This document shows positions 28,545 through 38,480 of a stretch of 63,924 nt of DNA, piece by piece (position 1 is the first letter of the stretch; each line of letters begins with the position of its first letter). The notes below the pieces were generated by a model that was given only the letters and a program-made list of their open reading frames with translations, was not told where the DNA came from and did not search any database. The DNA lies in NCBI GenBank assembly GCA_050944915.1, contig JBMNRY010000001.1, positions 1-63,924 of the forward strand, in the 5' to 3' direction. The stretch is from Limnochordia bacterium. GTDB taxonomy: Bacteria > Bacillota > Limnochordia > JAAZLZ01. The translations under genes and the position numbers were made by a program.

Positions 28545-30427
28545 TAGCCTTCGCCCCCTGCCGCTTTCCGTTGGATCCCTTGGACGTAGACCGCCAAGAG
28601 GGAAACATCGGCCGGGGATACCCCTGCTACTCGGCTGGCCTGGCCGATGGAGCGAGGTTGAATCCGTTGGAGCTGTTCCCGGGCTTGGTTGCCTAAACCC
28701 CTGATGTGGCTGTAATCCATATCCGCGGGGATCCGCAGGGCTTCCAACTCCCGGAATTTGGCGATCTGTTTTTCTTGCCGGGAAATATAGCCGCTGCATT
28801 TCACTTCGATTTCGATTTCCTGTTCCAAAGCTTCATCATAGCGGGGAACTTCGGGCACGATACGGGGCAGATGGGCATAACTAATTTCCGGTCGCTGCAG
28901 GATGGCCGTTAAGGGCACCGGTTTAGCCAAATTCCCTGTCCCCAATTCCTTTAAGACATCCAAGACTCCTTCCGTAGGAGTCACTTGGATGCTTTCCAAG
29001 ATTTTTCGGGCTTCCTTGATGGTTTTTTCTTTTTTCCGGACCTTTTCATAGGCTTCTTCCGAAACTAAACCTAGTTTATATCCGATGGGGGTTAAACGGC
29101 GGTCCGCGTTATCCTGCCGCAAGAGCAAACGATACTCGGCCCGGGAGGTGAGCATGCGGTAGGGTTCATCGACACCTTTAGTGACTAGGTCATCGATTAA
29201 GACTCCGATGTAACCTTGGGAGCGATCGATGATGAAAGGCTCTTGACCTGCCACCTTCCGAGCGGCGTTAATACCGGCGATTAAACCTTGGGCCGCCGCC
29301 TCCTCATAACCGGAGGTACCGTTGATCTGGCCGGCGGTGAACAAACCGGAACAAACCTTGGTTTCCAAGGCCAAGGTTAACTGACTAGGATCGATGAAAT
29401 CGTATTCCACGGCGTAACCAGGGCGCATCATCCGGGCCCGCTGCAGCCCGGGAATAGTCCTGATGATCTCCTCTTGGACCCCTTCGGGCATGGCCGTGGT
29501 AAGACCCAAGAGATACATTTCCGTCGTGTATTCCCCTTCCGGCTCCACAAAAATTTGGTGGTCGACCTTGTCGGGGAAGCGGATCACCTTCCGGTCGATG
29601 GAGGGACAATGCCGGGGACCTTGACCGACAACGGAACCCATTTGGATGGGGGAAACCTCCAAGTACTTCCGCACCAGCTCGATGGTTTCTTCGGTAGTCC
29701 TAGTCAACCAACAGGGTAATTGCCGGTGGCGAATTTCCGGACTGTTGAAAGAAAAGGGTATGGGATGGGGACTGCCCTTTTGCTCCTGCATTTGACTAAA
29801 ATCGATGGTGCGGGCATCAACCCGAGGAGGTGTAGCCGTCTGAAAGCGGCGTAGTTCTAAGCCCAATCCTTCTAAAGAGGTCGATAGGGCTTCCGCGGCG
29901 ATCTCTCCTTGGCGCCCCCCGGGATAGCGGATCCGACCATTGACTAAGATCCCCCGCAAGAAGGTCCCTGGAGCTAAAACCACAGTCCGACAGGGGTAAA
30001 CCTGGCCGTTGATCGTTTTCACACCGCAAATGCGGCCTCCTTCCGTCAACAGCTCGGTGATCTGGCCCTGTTTGACCTCCAGATTTGGTTCCCTTTCTAA
30101 GACTAACGTCATTTCCCGCTGGTAGATGAGTTTATCGGCTTGAGCCCGCAAGGCCCACACCGCCGGTCCCCGGGATTTGTTTAAGATCCGTACGTTCAAA
30201 TAGGAACGGTCGATGACCTTACCCATTTCGCCCCCTAAGGCATCGATTTCCCGCACCAGGTGGCTTTTAGCCTGGGGTCCACCGATGGCCGGGTTACAAG
30301 ACATCCGGGCAATATTATCGATATTTATGGTAAAAATGGCTGTTCGACATCCCAGACGGGCGGCAGCCAGGGCCGCTTCACAACCGGCATGTCCCGCGCC
30401 GATGACGATGACATCATAGATTTCCAT
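28544..30427 (-). CDS. mnmG: tRNA uridine 5-carboxymethylaminomethyl modification enzyme MnmG/GidA (copy adjacent to mnmE)
   Basis: An ATG at 30427 sits 4 nt after GGGGGGAAGG. Sequence: [19 protein letters not shown] ... GPRHCPSID ... [13 protein letters not shown]. Confidence 0.93.
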   Translation of the reverse strand: MEIYDVIVIGAGHAGCEAALAAARLGCRTAIFTINIDNIARMSCNPAIGGPQAKSHLVREIDALGGEMGKVIDRSYLNVRILNKSRGPAVWALRAQADKLIYQREMTLVLEREPNLEVKQGQITELLTEGGRICGVKTINGQVYPCRTVVLAPGTFLRGILVNGRIRYPGGRQGEIAAEALSTSLEGLGLELRRFQTATPPRVDARTIDFSQMQEQKGSPHPIPFSFNSPEIRHRQLPCWLTRTTEETIELVRKYLEVSPIQMGSVVGQGPRHCPSIDRKVIRFPDKVDHQIFVEPEGEYTTEMYLLGLTTAMPEGVQEEIIRTIPGLQRARMMRPGYAVEYDFIDPSQLTLALETKVCSGLFTAGQINGTSGYEEAAAQGLIAGINAARKVAGQEPFIIDRSQGYIGVLIDDLVTKGVDEPYRMLTSRAEYRLLLRQDNADRRLTPIGYKLGLVSEEAYEKVRKKEKTIKEARKILESIQVTPTEGVLDVLKELGTGNLAKPVPLTAILQRPEISYAHLPRIVPEVPRYDEALEQEIEIEVKCSGYISRQEKQIAKFRELEALRIPADMDYSHIRGLGNQAREQLQRIQPRSIGQASRVAGVSPADVSLLAVYVQGIQRKAAGGEG

Positions 30428-30441
30428 GGAACCTTCCCCCC

Positions 30442-31806
30442 TCACTTACCGATACAAAACCGACTGAAGATTTCATCTAAAACTCCTTCTTGCACCGTTT
30501 CGCCGGTGATCTCTCCTAGGGATTCTAAGGCTTCCCGCAGATCAATACAGATGAAATCCTCGGCCCAGCCTTCCGCCACAGAGCGGCGGCTATCCTTGAT
30601 GGCCCCAAGGGCCCTTTCTAAAGCTTGGGCATGGCGGATATTCGTCACTAAAGCACCTTCCATCCCTAGACCCTTGGTGCCGAATTTATCGACGATGATT
30701 TCTTCCAGCCCTTCAAGACCCCAACCTTCCTTCAGGCTCATGGTCAATATGGGGCCAAGGCCCTGTTCTCGGAGCCTCTTTGGATCTATTTTAACATCTA
30801 AATCGGCCTTATTGATAATGGTAATAACCTCACGGCCGACCACTTTCTCAATCAATTGCCATTCATCAGGCCCCAATTCTTGGGAGCCGTCTAGGACTAG
30901 GAGGACCAAATCGGCCCGTTCAAGATAGGCGATACTCCGTTCCACCCCCAGCTGCTCCACCACATCGGAGGTAGCCCGCACCCCGGCGGTATCCGCCAGG
31001 CGCAAGGTGACACCACCGATATTGACCATCTCTTCGATGACATCTCTGGTGGTACCGGGAATGGCGGTGACGATGGCCCGCTCTTCCTGGAGAAGGGTGT
31101 TTAATAAAGTGGATTTGCCCACATTGGGGGGACCGATGATGACGGTGTAAACACCTTCCCGCAGCACCCGGCCCCGGCTGGCTCCTTCTAAAAGGCGGGC
31201 CACCTTCTTTTCGGCTCGGGAGAGAATTTCATCGATGGCTTCTCGCTCCATACCGGGGATATCATCTTCGGGAAAGTCCAAGAGGGCTTCTAGCTGGGCC
31301 AAAAGTTCGATCAATTCCCTTCGGATCTCGCCCATGTATTTGCCCAAGCCACCTTGTAATTGGGTCACCGCGGCCCGCATCCCTTGGTCGCTATGGGAGC
31401 GGATGATATCCAGGACTGCTTCCGCTTGGGTTAAATCGAGGCGACCGTTAAGAAAGGCTCGTTTGGTGAATTCCCCCGGTTCCGCCATCCGGACTCCCCG
31501 GGCTAAGACCAATTCTAAAATCCGCCGCACGGGGAGGCTTCCTCCATGGCAGTGGATTTCCACCACATCTTCCCGGGTGTAACTATGGGGGGCCCGCATG
31601 GCCACCACTAAGACTTCATCGATAGGATTTTCCCCATCATAAATATGGCCGTAGGCCATTTGGTGGCTTTTCAGCTTGGAAAGGGGGGTTTTTCCCCGGA
31701 ATATTTCTTCCACGATCCCGATCCCGTCCGGTCCACTGACCCGGATAATCCCGATTCCCCCCTCACCGGGGGCTGTGGCTATGGCCGCAATGGTATCCAG
31801 TTCCAT
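30442..31806 (-). CDS. mnmE: tRNA modification GTPase MnmE/TrmE
   Basis: [25 protein letters not shown] ... [12 protein letters not shown] ... C-terminal FCIGK. An alternative start 8 codons upstream lies at 31830. Confidence 0.95.
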   Translation of the reverse strand: MELDTIAAIATAPGEGGIGIIRVSGPDGIGIVEEIFRGKTPLSKLKSHQMAYGHIYDGENPIDEVLVVAMRAPHSYTREDVVEIHCHGGSLPVRRILELVLARGVRMAEPGEFTKRAFLNGRLDLTQAEAVLDIIRSHSDQGMRAAVTQLQGGLGKYMGEIRRELIELLAQLEALLDFPEDDIPGMEREAIDEILSRAEKKVARLLEGASRGRVLREGVYTVIIGPPNVGKSTLLNTLLQEERAIVTAIPGTTRDVIEEMVNIGGVTLRLADTAGVRATSDVVEQLGVERSIAYLERADLVLLVLDGSQELGPDEWQLIEKVVGREVITIINKADLDVKIDPKRLREQGLGPILTMSLKEGWGLEGLEEIIVDKFGTKGLGMEGALVTNIRHAQALERALGAIKDSRRSVAEGWAEDFICIDLREALESLGEITGETVQEGVLDEIFSRFCIGK

Positions 31807-31844
31807 CTTTCCCACCCTTTCCTTTCCCATCCTTTTTCACATGG

Positions 31845-31872
31845 AAAAAGCACGTGTCCGCAGACACCGTGC
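31845..31872 (-). terminator. intrinsic terminator-like hairpin between jag and mnmE
   Basis: The minus strand reads gcacggtgtc-tgcg-gacacgtgc followed by TTTTT. Confidence 0.5.
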
Positions 31873-31906
31873 CTTATTCTTGTCCAATTAGTTTTTGTCC
31901 TGACCT

Positions 31907-32533
31907 TTATTTAGGTGCGATGATCACCCGGCGATAGGGATCCGTTCCTTCACTATAGGTATCCACATTGCCTTGGTCTTGAAGGGCCAAATGGATGATC
32001 CGCCGTTCATGGGCATTCATCGGCTCTAAGATCACCCGCCGACCGTTGCGCACCGCCTTGTCCGCCAAGCGCTGGGCTAAGCCCCGCAAGGATTCTTCCC
32101 GCCGGCGGCGATAATTTTCCGCATCTAAAAGAACCCGGTTCCAGGGACCTTCACCCCGGTTAGCCACCAGAGAAGTCAGATACTGTAAGGCATCGAGGGT
32201 TTGTCCCCTTTTGCCGATGACTAATCCCAGACTTTGGCCGATAATATCCAGCCTAATCACATCATCCTCTAAGGACCAATGGACCTGGGCTTCGATGCCC
32301 ATTTTCTCCAGCAGCTCCTGGAGCCATTGGGCGGCTCGCTGGGCTTTATGATCAAGGGTTGGTTTAACCGATACCCGCACCCGGGCTTGTTTGGTACCGA
32401 TGATGCCAAAAAGTCCTTTGGCGCCACTATCGATTACTTCCACTTCCACCTGTTCCCGGGGTACTTCCAATTCTTCCAAGGCAGCCTCGATGGCTTCCTC
32501 TACAGTTCTACCGGTCTTTTCCACCATCAGCAT
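31907..32533 (-). CDS. jag: RNA-binding protein Jag (KH + R3H domains)
   Basis: 208-aa ORF: GRTVEEAIEAALEEL ... IGKRGQTLDALQYL ... ERRIIHLAL. Confidence 0.9.
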   Translation of the reverse strand: MLMVEKTGRTVEEAIEAALEELEVPREQVEVEVIDSGAKGLFGIIGTKQARVRVSVKPTLDHKAQRAAQWLQELLEKMGIEAQVHWSLEDDVIRLDIIGQSLGLVIGKRGQTLDALQYLTSLVANRGEGPWNRVLLDAENYRRRREESLRGLAQRLADKAVRNGRRVILEPMNAHERRIIHLALQDQGNVDTYSEGTDPYRRVIIAPK

Positions 32534-33182
32534 CTTCCTGGCCCCCTTTTTTCAGGCCCGCATTCCGCCTAGTCATCAGATATTGCTGTCCCATACTAAA
32601 GAGGTTGCTGACAACCCAGTATAAAACCAAACCCGATGGAAAGTTTATACTGATCCAGCCGATAAAGGCGGGCATGACCATCATCATGGTCCGTTGTGAT
32701 GGATCGGTACTCGTTTGTGTCATCTGTAAATAAGTGGTTAGCGCGGAGAGCAAGGGGAGGATGTAAAAGGGATCTGGCTGTCCTAAGCCCCCCCGCAACC
32801 ATAGAAAAGCTTGATCGCCAAAATCAAAGGAACGCAAAACGCGAAAAAGTGCCCATAGAAATGGCAGTTGTACTAACATCGGTAGACAACCGCCTAGAGG
32901 ATTGATCTTATATTCTTGATATAATTGCATAACCCGCCGTTGGTATTCTTCCGGGTTATTCTTATATTTCGCCTGTATTTCCTGCAGCTTTGGTTGCATT
33001 TCCCGCATGACGACCATATTCTTAGTCTGGCTGGCAAAGAGCGGGTACATGACGATACGAATCAAGAGCGTCAATAAAATGATGGCCACACCGTGATTAC
33101 CAGTCAGTTGCGCGAAATATACTAATAAGGCCTCGAGGCCCTCGGCGAGAAAACCGAAAACCTGCAATCTGTCCGCCTCCAT
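32508..33182 (-). CDS. yidC: membrane protein insertase YidC/SpoIIIJ
   Basis: 224-aa ORF: GVAIILLTLLIRIVMYPL ... NPLGGCLPMLVQLPF. Confidence 0.9.
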   Translation of the reverse strand: MEADRLQVFGFLAEGLEALLVYFAQLTGNHGVAIILLTLLIRIVMYPLFASQTKNMVVMREMQPKLQEIQAKYKNNPEEYQRRVMQLYQEYKINPLGGCLPMLVQLPFLWALFRVLRSFDFGDQAFLWLRGGLGQPDPFYILPLLSALTTYLQMTQTSTDPSQRTMMMVMPAFIGWISINFPSGLVLYWVVSNLFSMGQQYLMTRRNAGLKKGGQEDADGGKDR

Positions 33183-33201
33183 TCCACCCCTGCCCTACCG
33201 T

Positions 33202-33465
33202 CTAATTAAGGGGATCGTATCCACCCGGGTGCCAAGGATGACATTTTCTTAGTCTTTTCCATGTTAAAACTAAACCCTGCCAGGGACCGTATTTGATTAC
33301 TGCTTGTCGAGCGTATTCAGAACAAGTTGGATAAAAACGGCAGGTACGTGGTTTTAAAGGGGAAAGACAATGACGGTAAATCCAAATTAAGCCGAGGAAC
33401 AACCTTTGGACCCCATTCCTCAGCATATTCCCCATACCGATTTCTGATACCCTAAAATTATTCAC
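33202..33465 (-). CDS. yidD: membrane protein insertion efficiency factor YidD
   Basis: [27 protein letters not shown] ... HPGGYDP. The start is uncertain: candidates are ATGs at 33435 or 33426, or a GTG at 33465. Confidence 0.88.
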   Translation of the reverse strand: MNNFRVSEIGMGNMLRNGVQRLFLGLIWIYRHCLSPLKPRTCRFYPTCSEYARQAVIKYGPWQGLVLTWKRLRKCHPWHPGGYDPLN

Positions 33466-33805
33466 AATTTAGCAACCCCACACCCCGGAGTAACTCCCTT
33501 AGACTACGGTAGAGCCCCTGGTAACTGGCCTTAGCGGCCTGAACCCGGGCGGAGATCACTACATCGCAATCGGTCTGCAATCTGGGGGCCAAATCCCGCC
33601 ATGCCTCTTGTAAGCGTCGCCTTACCTTATTCCTCGTTACCGCCTTGCCAACCCGCTTACTAACCGCTAAGCCCAAACGTCTGCCTTGGCCGCCATTTTC
33701 CAATGCATGAAGAACTAATAATCGATCGGCCCGACGTCGCCCTTGGGCAAAGACCTGTTTAAACTGATGAGATCGGCGCAACCGCGCTGCCGCAGGTAGG
33801 CCCAC
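33458..33805 (-). CDS. rnpA: ribonuclease P protein component
   Basis: 115-aa basic protein ([22 protein letters not shown]) directly downstream of rpmH. Confidence 0.9.
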   Translation of the reverse strand: MGLPAAARLRRSHQFKQVFAQGRRRADRLLVLHALENGGQGRRLGLAVSKRVGKAVTRNKVRRRLQEAWRDLAPRLQTDCDVVISARVQAAKASYQGLYRSLRELLRGVGLLNCE

Positions 33806-33807
33806 TC

Positions 33808-33942
33808 TTAAGCAGACACCCGCTTGCGACCCTTAGCCCTTCTGCGGCTAACGACCCGGCGGCCCCCTGGGCTAGACATCCGGGCTAAGAATCCGTGTGT
33901 TCGTTTCCGTTTTAATACCTTGGGCTGGAACGTCCTCTTCAC
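33808..33942 (-). CDS. rpmH: 50S ribosomal protein L34
   Basis: Not in the ORF track. My own translation from a GTG start: [44 protein letters not shown], then stop. AGGAGG lies upstream. Confidence 0.95.
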   Translation of the reverse strand: MKRTFQPKVLKRKRTHGFLARMSSPGGRRVVSRRRAKGRKRVSA

Positions 33943-33991
33943 CCGCCATTACCTCCTTTATGCGACAATTAGTCCATTAAACACCACTAAG

Positions 33992-34021
33992 ATTATAGCC
34001 CAAGGCCAAATAACCTGTCAA
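33992..34021 (-). promoter_or_regulatory. rpmH promoter
   Basis: The minus strand reads TTGACA-18 nt-TATAAT. Confidence 0.6.
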
Positions 34022-34141
34022 GCAATCGGCCTTTTCCTCCTCTTTTTTCTTCTTTTGGCCCTTCTTTCGTCGCTGCAAAAGGACTGTTCCAGCCCACTTA
34101 TCCTTGACGTTGTTGAAAAATCATAGTACGATCAAATCGCG

Positions 34142-34601
34142 TGTGGATAACTCCACCAGAATTTCTTTTTTCCAGAGGGGTTTCCACCGATGACCACAAC
34201 CTTAGAGGAATTATCCACAGATTGTGTAAAGTAGTGTGGATAACACCTAATTTGCCTTTAGAACTAACTTTTACCCTGTGGATAATTTTTATACACAGCC
34301 TTTCTGTGGGTTTTCAGTTATTTACCGTGCATTAGTCGCCCTCCAAAATCGCTATAAAGTGCCACAGCATGGGCCAAGGGGCAGGATCGAAGTCCTTGTG
34401 GATTTCCCTTGGCCTTTTCGTCCCCCACCACCAGGACTAAAAAGAGGGTAGGGGTTGTGGAAAACCTGTGCAAACTGTGAATTATCGACGGGAACCCGTT
34501 GTTGATAACTACTTGTACTTATGAACTTTGATCCTATGTAAAGTTGCTATTATTCGGGGGTTTTGCGGTTTTCCACAAGGATGAGTTCTGCCTGTGGATA
34601 A
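34142..34601. other. oriC DnaA-box cluster 1 (between rpmH and dnaA)
   Basis: Perfect TTATCCACA/TGTGGATAA boxes at 34142, 34211, 34235, 34277 and 34593. One-mismatch boxes at 34289, 34456, 34500 and 34569. Confidence 0.85.
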
Positions 34602-34675
34602 CCATTAGATTTCCCGGACCCCCCTTTTCCTTAGAGAATCAATTTTTCCCACCCACCAGGAGAGTAGGTAGATTC

Positions 34676-35506
34676 ATGGGTATATTTTCCCGGTTCTTCG
34701 GTCCAAAAAAAGAGCAAGGGGAGCCTGCGGCCCAGGAAGTTGAAGCCAGGATTGCCATTTACGACTCTCCCGGCGTCAGTCCCCGGCTAGTCTATGTCCA
34801 AGGGACCGATCCCGCATCCTTCATGGATGAAATCGCCTCTACCACCTATAATCTAGCCAAGGAAAAGGGCGGCCAGATACCTTTCACCGCCTTGAAAGAA
34901 ATCGCCGAAAACCTAATCCACGCCGACTTTTCCGAAGTGGTAATCACCATTTCCACCGATGGAAATACCATTACTTTTTCCGATAAAGGAAAAGGCATCG
35001 CCGATAAGGAAAAAGCTTTGTATCCCGGTTATTCCAGCGCCGATGGGAAGATCAAAGCCTACATCAAAGGTGTCGGTTCCGGATTACCGGTGGCCAAAGA
35101 AGCAGTAGCAGGCCTTGGTGGAAAACTCCTTTTAGATGATAATCTCCAAGGAGGGGCTGTGGTTACCCTCACCATCCCTGACCAGGAAGGGGAGGTGGCA
35201 GCCGATCTAGATCTAGATGAAGAGCAGCCCCAAACCCTCAGCGCCGATTCACCGCCTATCCATCCTGCGGCCCAAAATGCCGGCTTATCCCGGCGGCAAG
35301 AGACTATCTTCTTCCTTTTGGCCGACCATGGCGAAATAGGGCCTTCGGCGGTAGCCCGTCAGGCGGGGATCAGCCTTAGTACAGCTTATCGTGACCTGGT
35401 CTTTTTAGAACAACTAGGTTTACTAGAAGCAAAGGCTAACGGCAAAAGGGTAGTGACAGCCCAAGGACAAGCTTTGTTAAAGAAGATGCGGGCCCAGCAC
35501 CGCTAG
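34676..35506 (+). CDS. uncharacterised GHKL (histidine-kinase-like) ATPase domain protein with a C-terminal winged-HTH
   Basis: N-box EIAENLIHA, G1 SDKGKGI, G2 GVGSGLPVAKE, an acidic linker, and the HTH segment IGPSAVARQAGISLSTAYRDLVFLEQLGLL. The ATG at 34676 is preferred over the ORF-track start at 34544. Confidence 0.6.
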   Translation: MGIFSRFFGPKKEQGEPAAQEVEARIAIYDSPGVSPRLVYVQGTDPASFMDEIASTTYNLAKEKGGQIPFTALKEIAENLIHADFSEVVITISTDGNTITFSDKGKGIADKEKALYPGYSSADGKIKAYIKGVGSGLPVAKEAVAGLGGKLLLDDNLQGGAVVTLTIPDQEGEVAADLDLDEEQPQTLSADSPPIHPAAQNAGLSRRQETIFFLLADHGEIGPSAVARQAGISLSTAYRDLVFLEQLGLLEAKANGKRVVTAQGQALLKKMRAQHR

Positions 35507-35536
35507 CGATGACCACTGACCCGGGAGGCAGCGACC

Positions 35537-36874
35537 ATGACCGACCAATTGAAAATCATCTGGGACCAAACCTTGAACATCATAAAACAGGAGTTGACTA
35601 AACCTAGTTTCGATACCTGGCTGAAGGATACCAAGGCTGTATCCTATGCCGATAATTGTTTAGTCGTGACCAGTCCCAATGAATTCGCCCGGGACTGGGT
35701 GGAAGCCCGTTACAAAGAATCATTAGAAGAAGCCCTCCACCAGGTAGTGGGAGATCAATGGCAGATTTCCTTCGTCGTTCCCGATGAGGGCCAACCGATG
35801 GATAAGCTTCCTTCCAAACCGCCAAAACCAAAGGAAGAGCCCCATGCCGCCAATCTTAATCCCCGGTATACCTTCGATACCTTCGTCGTCGGCAGCAGTA
35901 ACCGCTTCGCCCATGCGGCTTCTTTAGCGGTGGCGGAAGCACCGGCCCGAGCCTACAACCCCCTGTTCATCTACGGAGGTGTCGGTTTGGGTAAAACCCA
36001 TTTAATGCAAGCCATCGGCCATTACGGACTGGAACATCATCCCGGCATCCGGGTCGTCTACGTCTCTTCAGAGACTTTTACCAACGATTTGATCGCCGCC
36101 ATCGGCCGCAAAGCGATGAATGAGTTTCGGGCGAAATACCGTAATGCCGATATCCTCCTCATCGACGATATCCAATTCGTCGCCGGGAAAGAATCGACCC
36201 AAGAGGAGTTTTTCCACACCTTTAACTCCCTCTATGAGGCTAATAAGCAGATCGTCATTTCCAGTGATCGGCCGCCGAAGGAAATACCAACTTTGGAAGA
36301 ACGGTTGCGTTCCCGTTTCGAATGGGGACTCACCGCCGATATCCAAGTTCCCGATGTGGAAACGAGGATCGCTATCCTCCAGCGAAAGGCTAAAGACGAT
36401 GGATTGAATATCGATGATGAGATCCTTTCTTATATTGCTGAGCAGGTGGAATCCAATATTAGAGAATTGGAAGGGGCCCTAAATAAAGTGGTCGCCTATG
36501 CCTCCCTGCAAGGACGGAATATCACCATCAACTTAGCCTCCGAAGCTTTGAAAGATATGTTGGCGGCCAATCGCAAAAAACCCATCGATATTAAAATGAT
36601 CCAAGAAATCGTCGCCGATTATTATGGGATTAATATCAGTGATATGTCCACCAGAAAGCGGACTAAAGCCATCGTCCTGCCTCGGCAGGTGGCCATGTAT
36701 CTTTCCCGGGATCTCACCGATGCCTCGCTGCCAAAAATCGGCGAAGCCTTCGGCGGTCGAGACCATAGTACCGTCATCCACGCTTGTGAAAAGGTGGCTA
36801 ATGATATGGCTAAAGACCCGGCCTTTTTTCGCGAGATCGAAGAGATCACCGAACAAATAAAACAACGAACTTAG
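35537..36874 (+). CDS. dnaA: chromosomal replication initiator protein DnaA
   Basis: 445-aa ORF: NPRYTFDTFVVGSSNRFAHAA ... GGVGLGKTHLMQAIG ... LLIDDIQF ... DHSTVIHA. Confidence 0.98.
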   Translation: MTDQLKIIWDQTLNIIKQELTKPSFDTWLKDTKAVSYADNCLVVTSPNEFARDWVEARYKESLEEALHQVVGDQWQISFVVPDEGQPMDKLPSKPPKPKEEPHAANLNPRYTFDTFVVGSSNRFAHAASLAVAEAPARAYNPLFIYGGVGLGKTHLMQAIGHYGLEHHPGIRVVYVSSETFTNDLIAAIGRKAMNEFRAKYRNADILLIDDIQFVAGKESTQEEFFHTFNSLYEANKQIVISSDRPPKEIPTLEERLRSRFEWGLTADIQVPDVETRIAILQRKAKDDGLNIDDEILSYIAEQVESNIRELEGALNKVVAYASLQGRNITINLASEALKDMLAANRKKPIDIKMIQEIVADYYGINISDMSTRKRTKAIVLPRQVAMYLSRDLTDASLPKIGEAFGGRDHSTVIHACEKVANDMAKDPAFFREIEEITEQIKQRT

Positions 36875-36879
36875 GTTGG

Positions 36880-37109
36880 GGAAAAGCTGTGGACGAGCTG
36901 TGGAGGAGTTGTGGACCAATTTGGCTCCCCTAAACTTCTGTGGAAGCTGTCGATAACTAAGGACTTTCTTCCACAAGCCTATCGACAGACCCAAAGGCGT
37001 CTAGAAGGGGAATTGCCCCCCTTTTCCACAGATCCACAGGCTATACTACTACGGCGACTACATTTAAATCTATTTAAAGGCATTTTGACTAATTTTTACC
37101 GATTGTGGA
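36880..37109. other. oriC part 2: degenerate DnaA boxes, trio-like repeats and an AT-rich unwinding region (dnaA-dnaN spacer)
   Basis: One-mismatch boxes at 36948 (TGTCGATAA) and 37022 (TTTTCCACA), plus several two-mismatch boxes. The AT-rich stretch catttaaatctatttaaaggcattttgactaattttt is also present. Confidence 0.65.
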
Positions 37110-37127
37110 TTGAGGGAGGTTATCGAG

Positions 37128-38237
37128 GTGGAATTACGCTGTGAACAAAACCTTTTATTAAAGGCGGTCACTGCTGTGGAACGGGCGGTCGCCCAAAGGG
37201 ATGTGAAACCGATCCTCACCGGGATCCTCCTGGAAGCTAGGAATGGTGAACTGTATTTGGCTGCTTCCGATTTGGAAATGCGGATCGAAGGGACCATCCC
37301 CGTGGAAACCATTCAGGAAGGCCAAGCGGTCGTTGAAGGAAAATATTTTGCACCCATCGTGCGCAAACTCCCAGGGGGAGATGTCTTCCTCCGCTATGAT
37401 GAAGGGAATAATTCCGTCAGCCTGCGGGCTGGTCGGGCCCACTTTAGTTTGCCAACTATAGCTGGGGAAGCCTTTCCACCGGCGCCAGTAATGGAGGAAG
37501 GTTCCTTTAGCTGCTCCATCGCTGAGGAGCTATTCAAAGGAATGTTGCGGCAAACGGTTTTCGCGGCGGCACCACCCGATGAAATCCGGCCCTTTCTAAA
37601 AGGCATCTATTTGGCCGGTCGGGAAGGGGAGCTCCATATGGTGGCTACTGATAGCAGCCGCTTAGCCATTCGGAAAAAAGACGCCCTTTCCCTAGGGGAG
37701 TTTAAGGCCTTGGTGCCGGCCCGAAGCATGCAAGAGTTAGCCCGTTTGCTCCCGGGAGAGGAAGAAGGAGAACTCCGGGTGCAGTTAGGCAGCAACCAGA
37801 TTCTCTTCCACGTCGGCGGGTTTAAGTTCTATTCCCGCTTAATCGAGTCGGAATTTCCCGATTATCTGCGGGTGATCCCCCAAGGGGAGCCTACCTGTAA
37901 GGTGATCTGTTCCCGCTCCCAATTGGAAGAAGCCATCGATCGGGTCTCTTTGTTAGTCCGTTCCGGTCCGGCCTTGATCGATTTCAAGATTGAAGAGGGA
38001 GTCTTAGGCTTGTCTTTGCGCTCCAGCACCGCCGGTGCCGCCTGGGAAGAGCTCGATGTGACCCAAGAAGGCGATGGATTGCAGATCTGCCTCCAAGCCC
38101 GTTATCTGTTGGAAGGGCTGCGGGTCGCCGAGGGGGAAGAGGTAACCATGGCCTTTTATGGTGATAATGGACCGATGGTCTTCACCCCCCGGGAAGGGAC
38201 TGACTTTACCTATCTGGTGATGCCTGTGCGGACATAA
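37128..38237 (+). CDS. dnaN: DNA polymerase III beta sliding clamp
   Basis: A GTG at 37128 follows GGGAGG. Sequence: ELRCEQNLLLKAVTAVERAV ... ILTGILLEA ... C-terminal YLVMPVR. Confidence 0.97.
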   Translation: MELRCEQNLLLKAVTAVERAVAQRDVKPILTGILLEARNGELYLAASDLEMRIEGTIPVETIQEGQAVVEGKYFAPIVRKLPGGDVFLRYDEGNNSVSLRAGRAHFSLPTIAGEAFPPAPVMEEGSFSCSIAEELFKGMLRQTVFAAAPPDEIRPFLKGIYLAGREGELHMVATDSSRLAIRKKDALSLGEFKALVPARSMQELARLLPGEEEGELRVQLGSNQILFHVGGFKFYSRLIESEFPDYLRVIPQGEPTCKVICSRSQLEEAIDRVSLLVRSGPALIDFKIEEGVLGLSLRSSTAGAAWEELDVTQEGDGLQICLQARYLLEGLRVAEGEEVTMAFYGDNGPMVFTPREGTDFTYLVMPVRT

Positions 38238-38249
38238 GGAGGAACTACT

Positions 38250-38480
38250 TTGGAAAAATTAGCCATCACCACCCCCTATATCACCTTGCAGCAAGTTCTC
38301 AAATGGGCGGGGATCGCCAATACCGGCGGCGAGGCCAAGGAACTAATCGCTGGGGGTTCCATCACCATCAACGGTGAAGTAGAAACTAGACGGGGGCGGA
38401 AACTATACCCGGGGGATCGGTTGGTTCTGGCCGATGGTAGGGAGTTTATCATCACCGGGGAGGATAGGGTGTGTACCTAA
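38250..38480 (+). CDS. yaaA: S4-domain RNA-binding protein YaaA/RlbA-like
   Basis: 76-aa ORF: ITLQQVLKWAGIANTGGEAKELI ... INGEVETRRGRKL. Lies between dnaN and recF. Confidence 0.85.
   Translation: MEKLAITTPYITLQQVLKWAGIANTGGEAKELIAGGSITINGEVETRRGRKLYPGDRLVLADGREFIITGEDRVCT

Noticed and set aside
28545-28799. The 707-aa version of the second mnmG ORF (26676..28799) in the ORF track.
   Set aside because: The first 85 codons are an Arg/Pro/Gly-rich read-through of the C-terminal coding region of the upstream mnmG in another frame. The conserved MnmG N-terminus (DYDFIVIGGGHAG) starts at the ATG at 28544.
34141-34335. A 64-aa ORF, and the 33824..34126 ORF, within the rpmH-dnaA spacer.
   Set aside because: They consist of DnaA-box repeats (WITP repeated, from TGTGGATAA) or are antisense to rpmH. 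There is no RBS and no protein-like composition.
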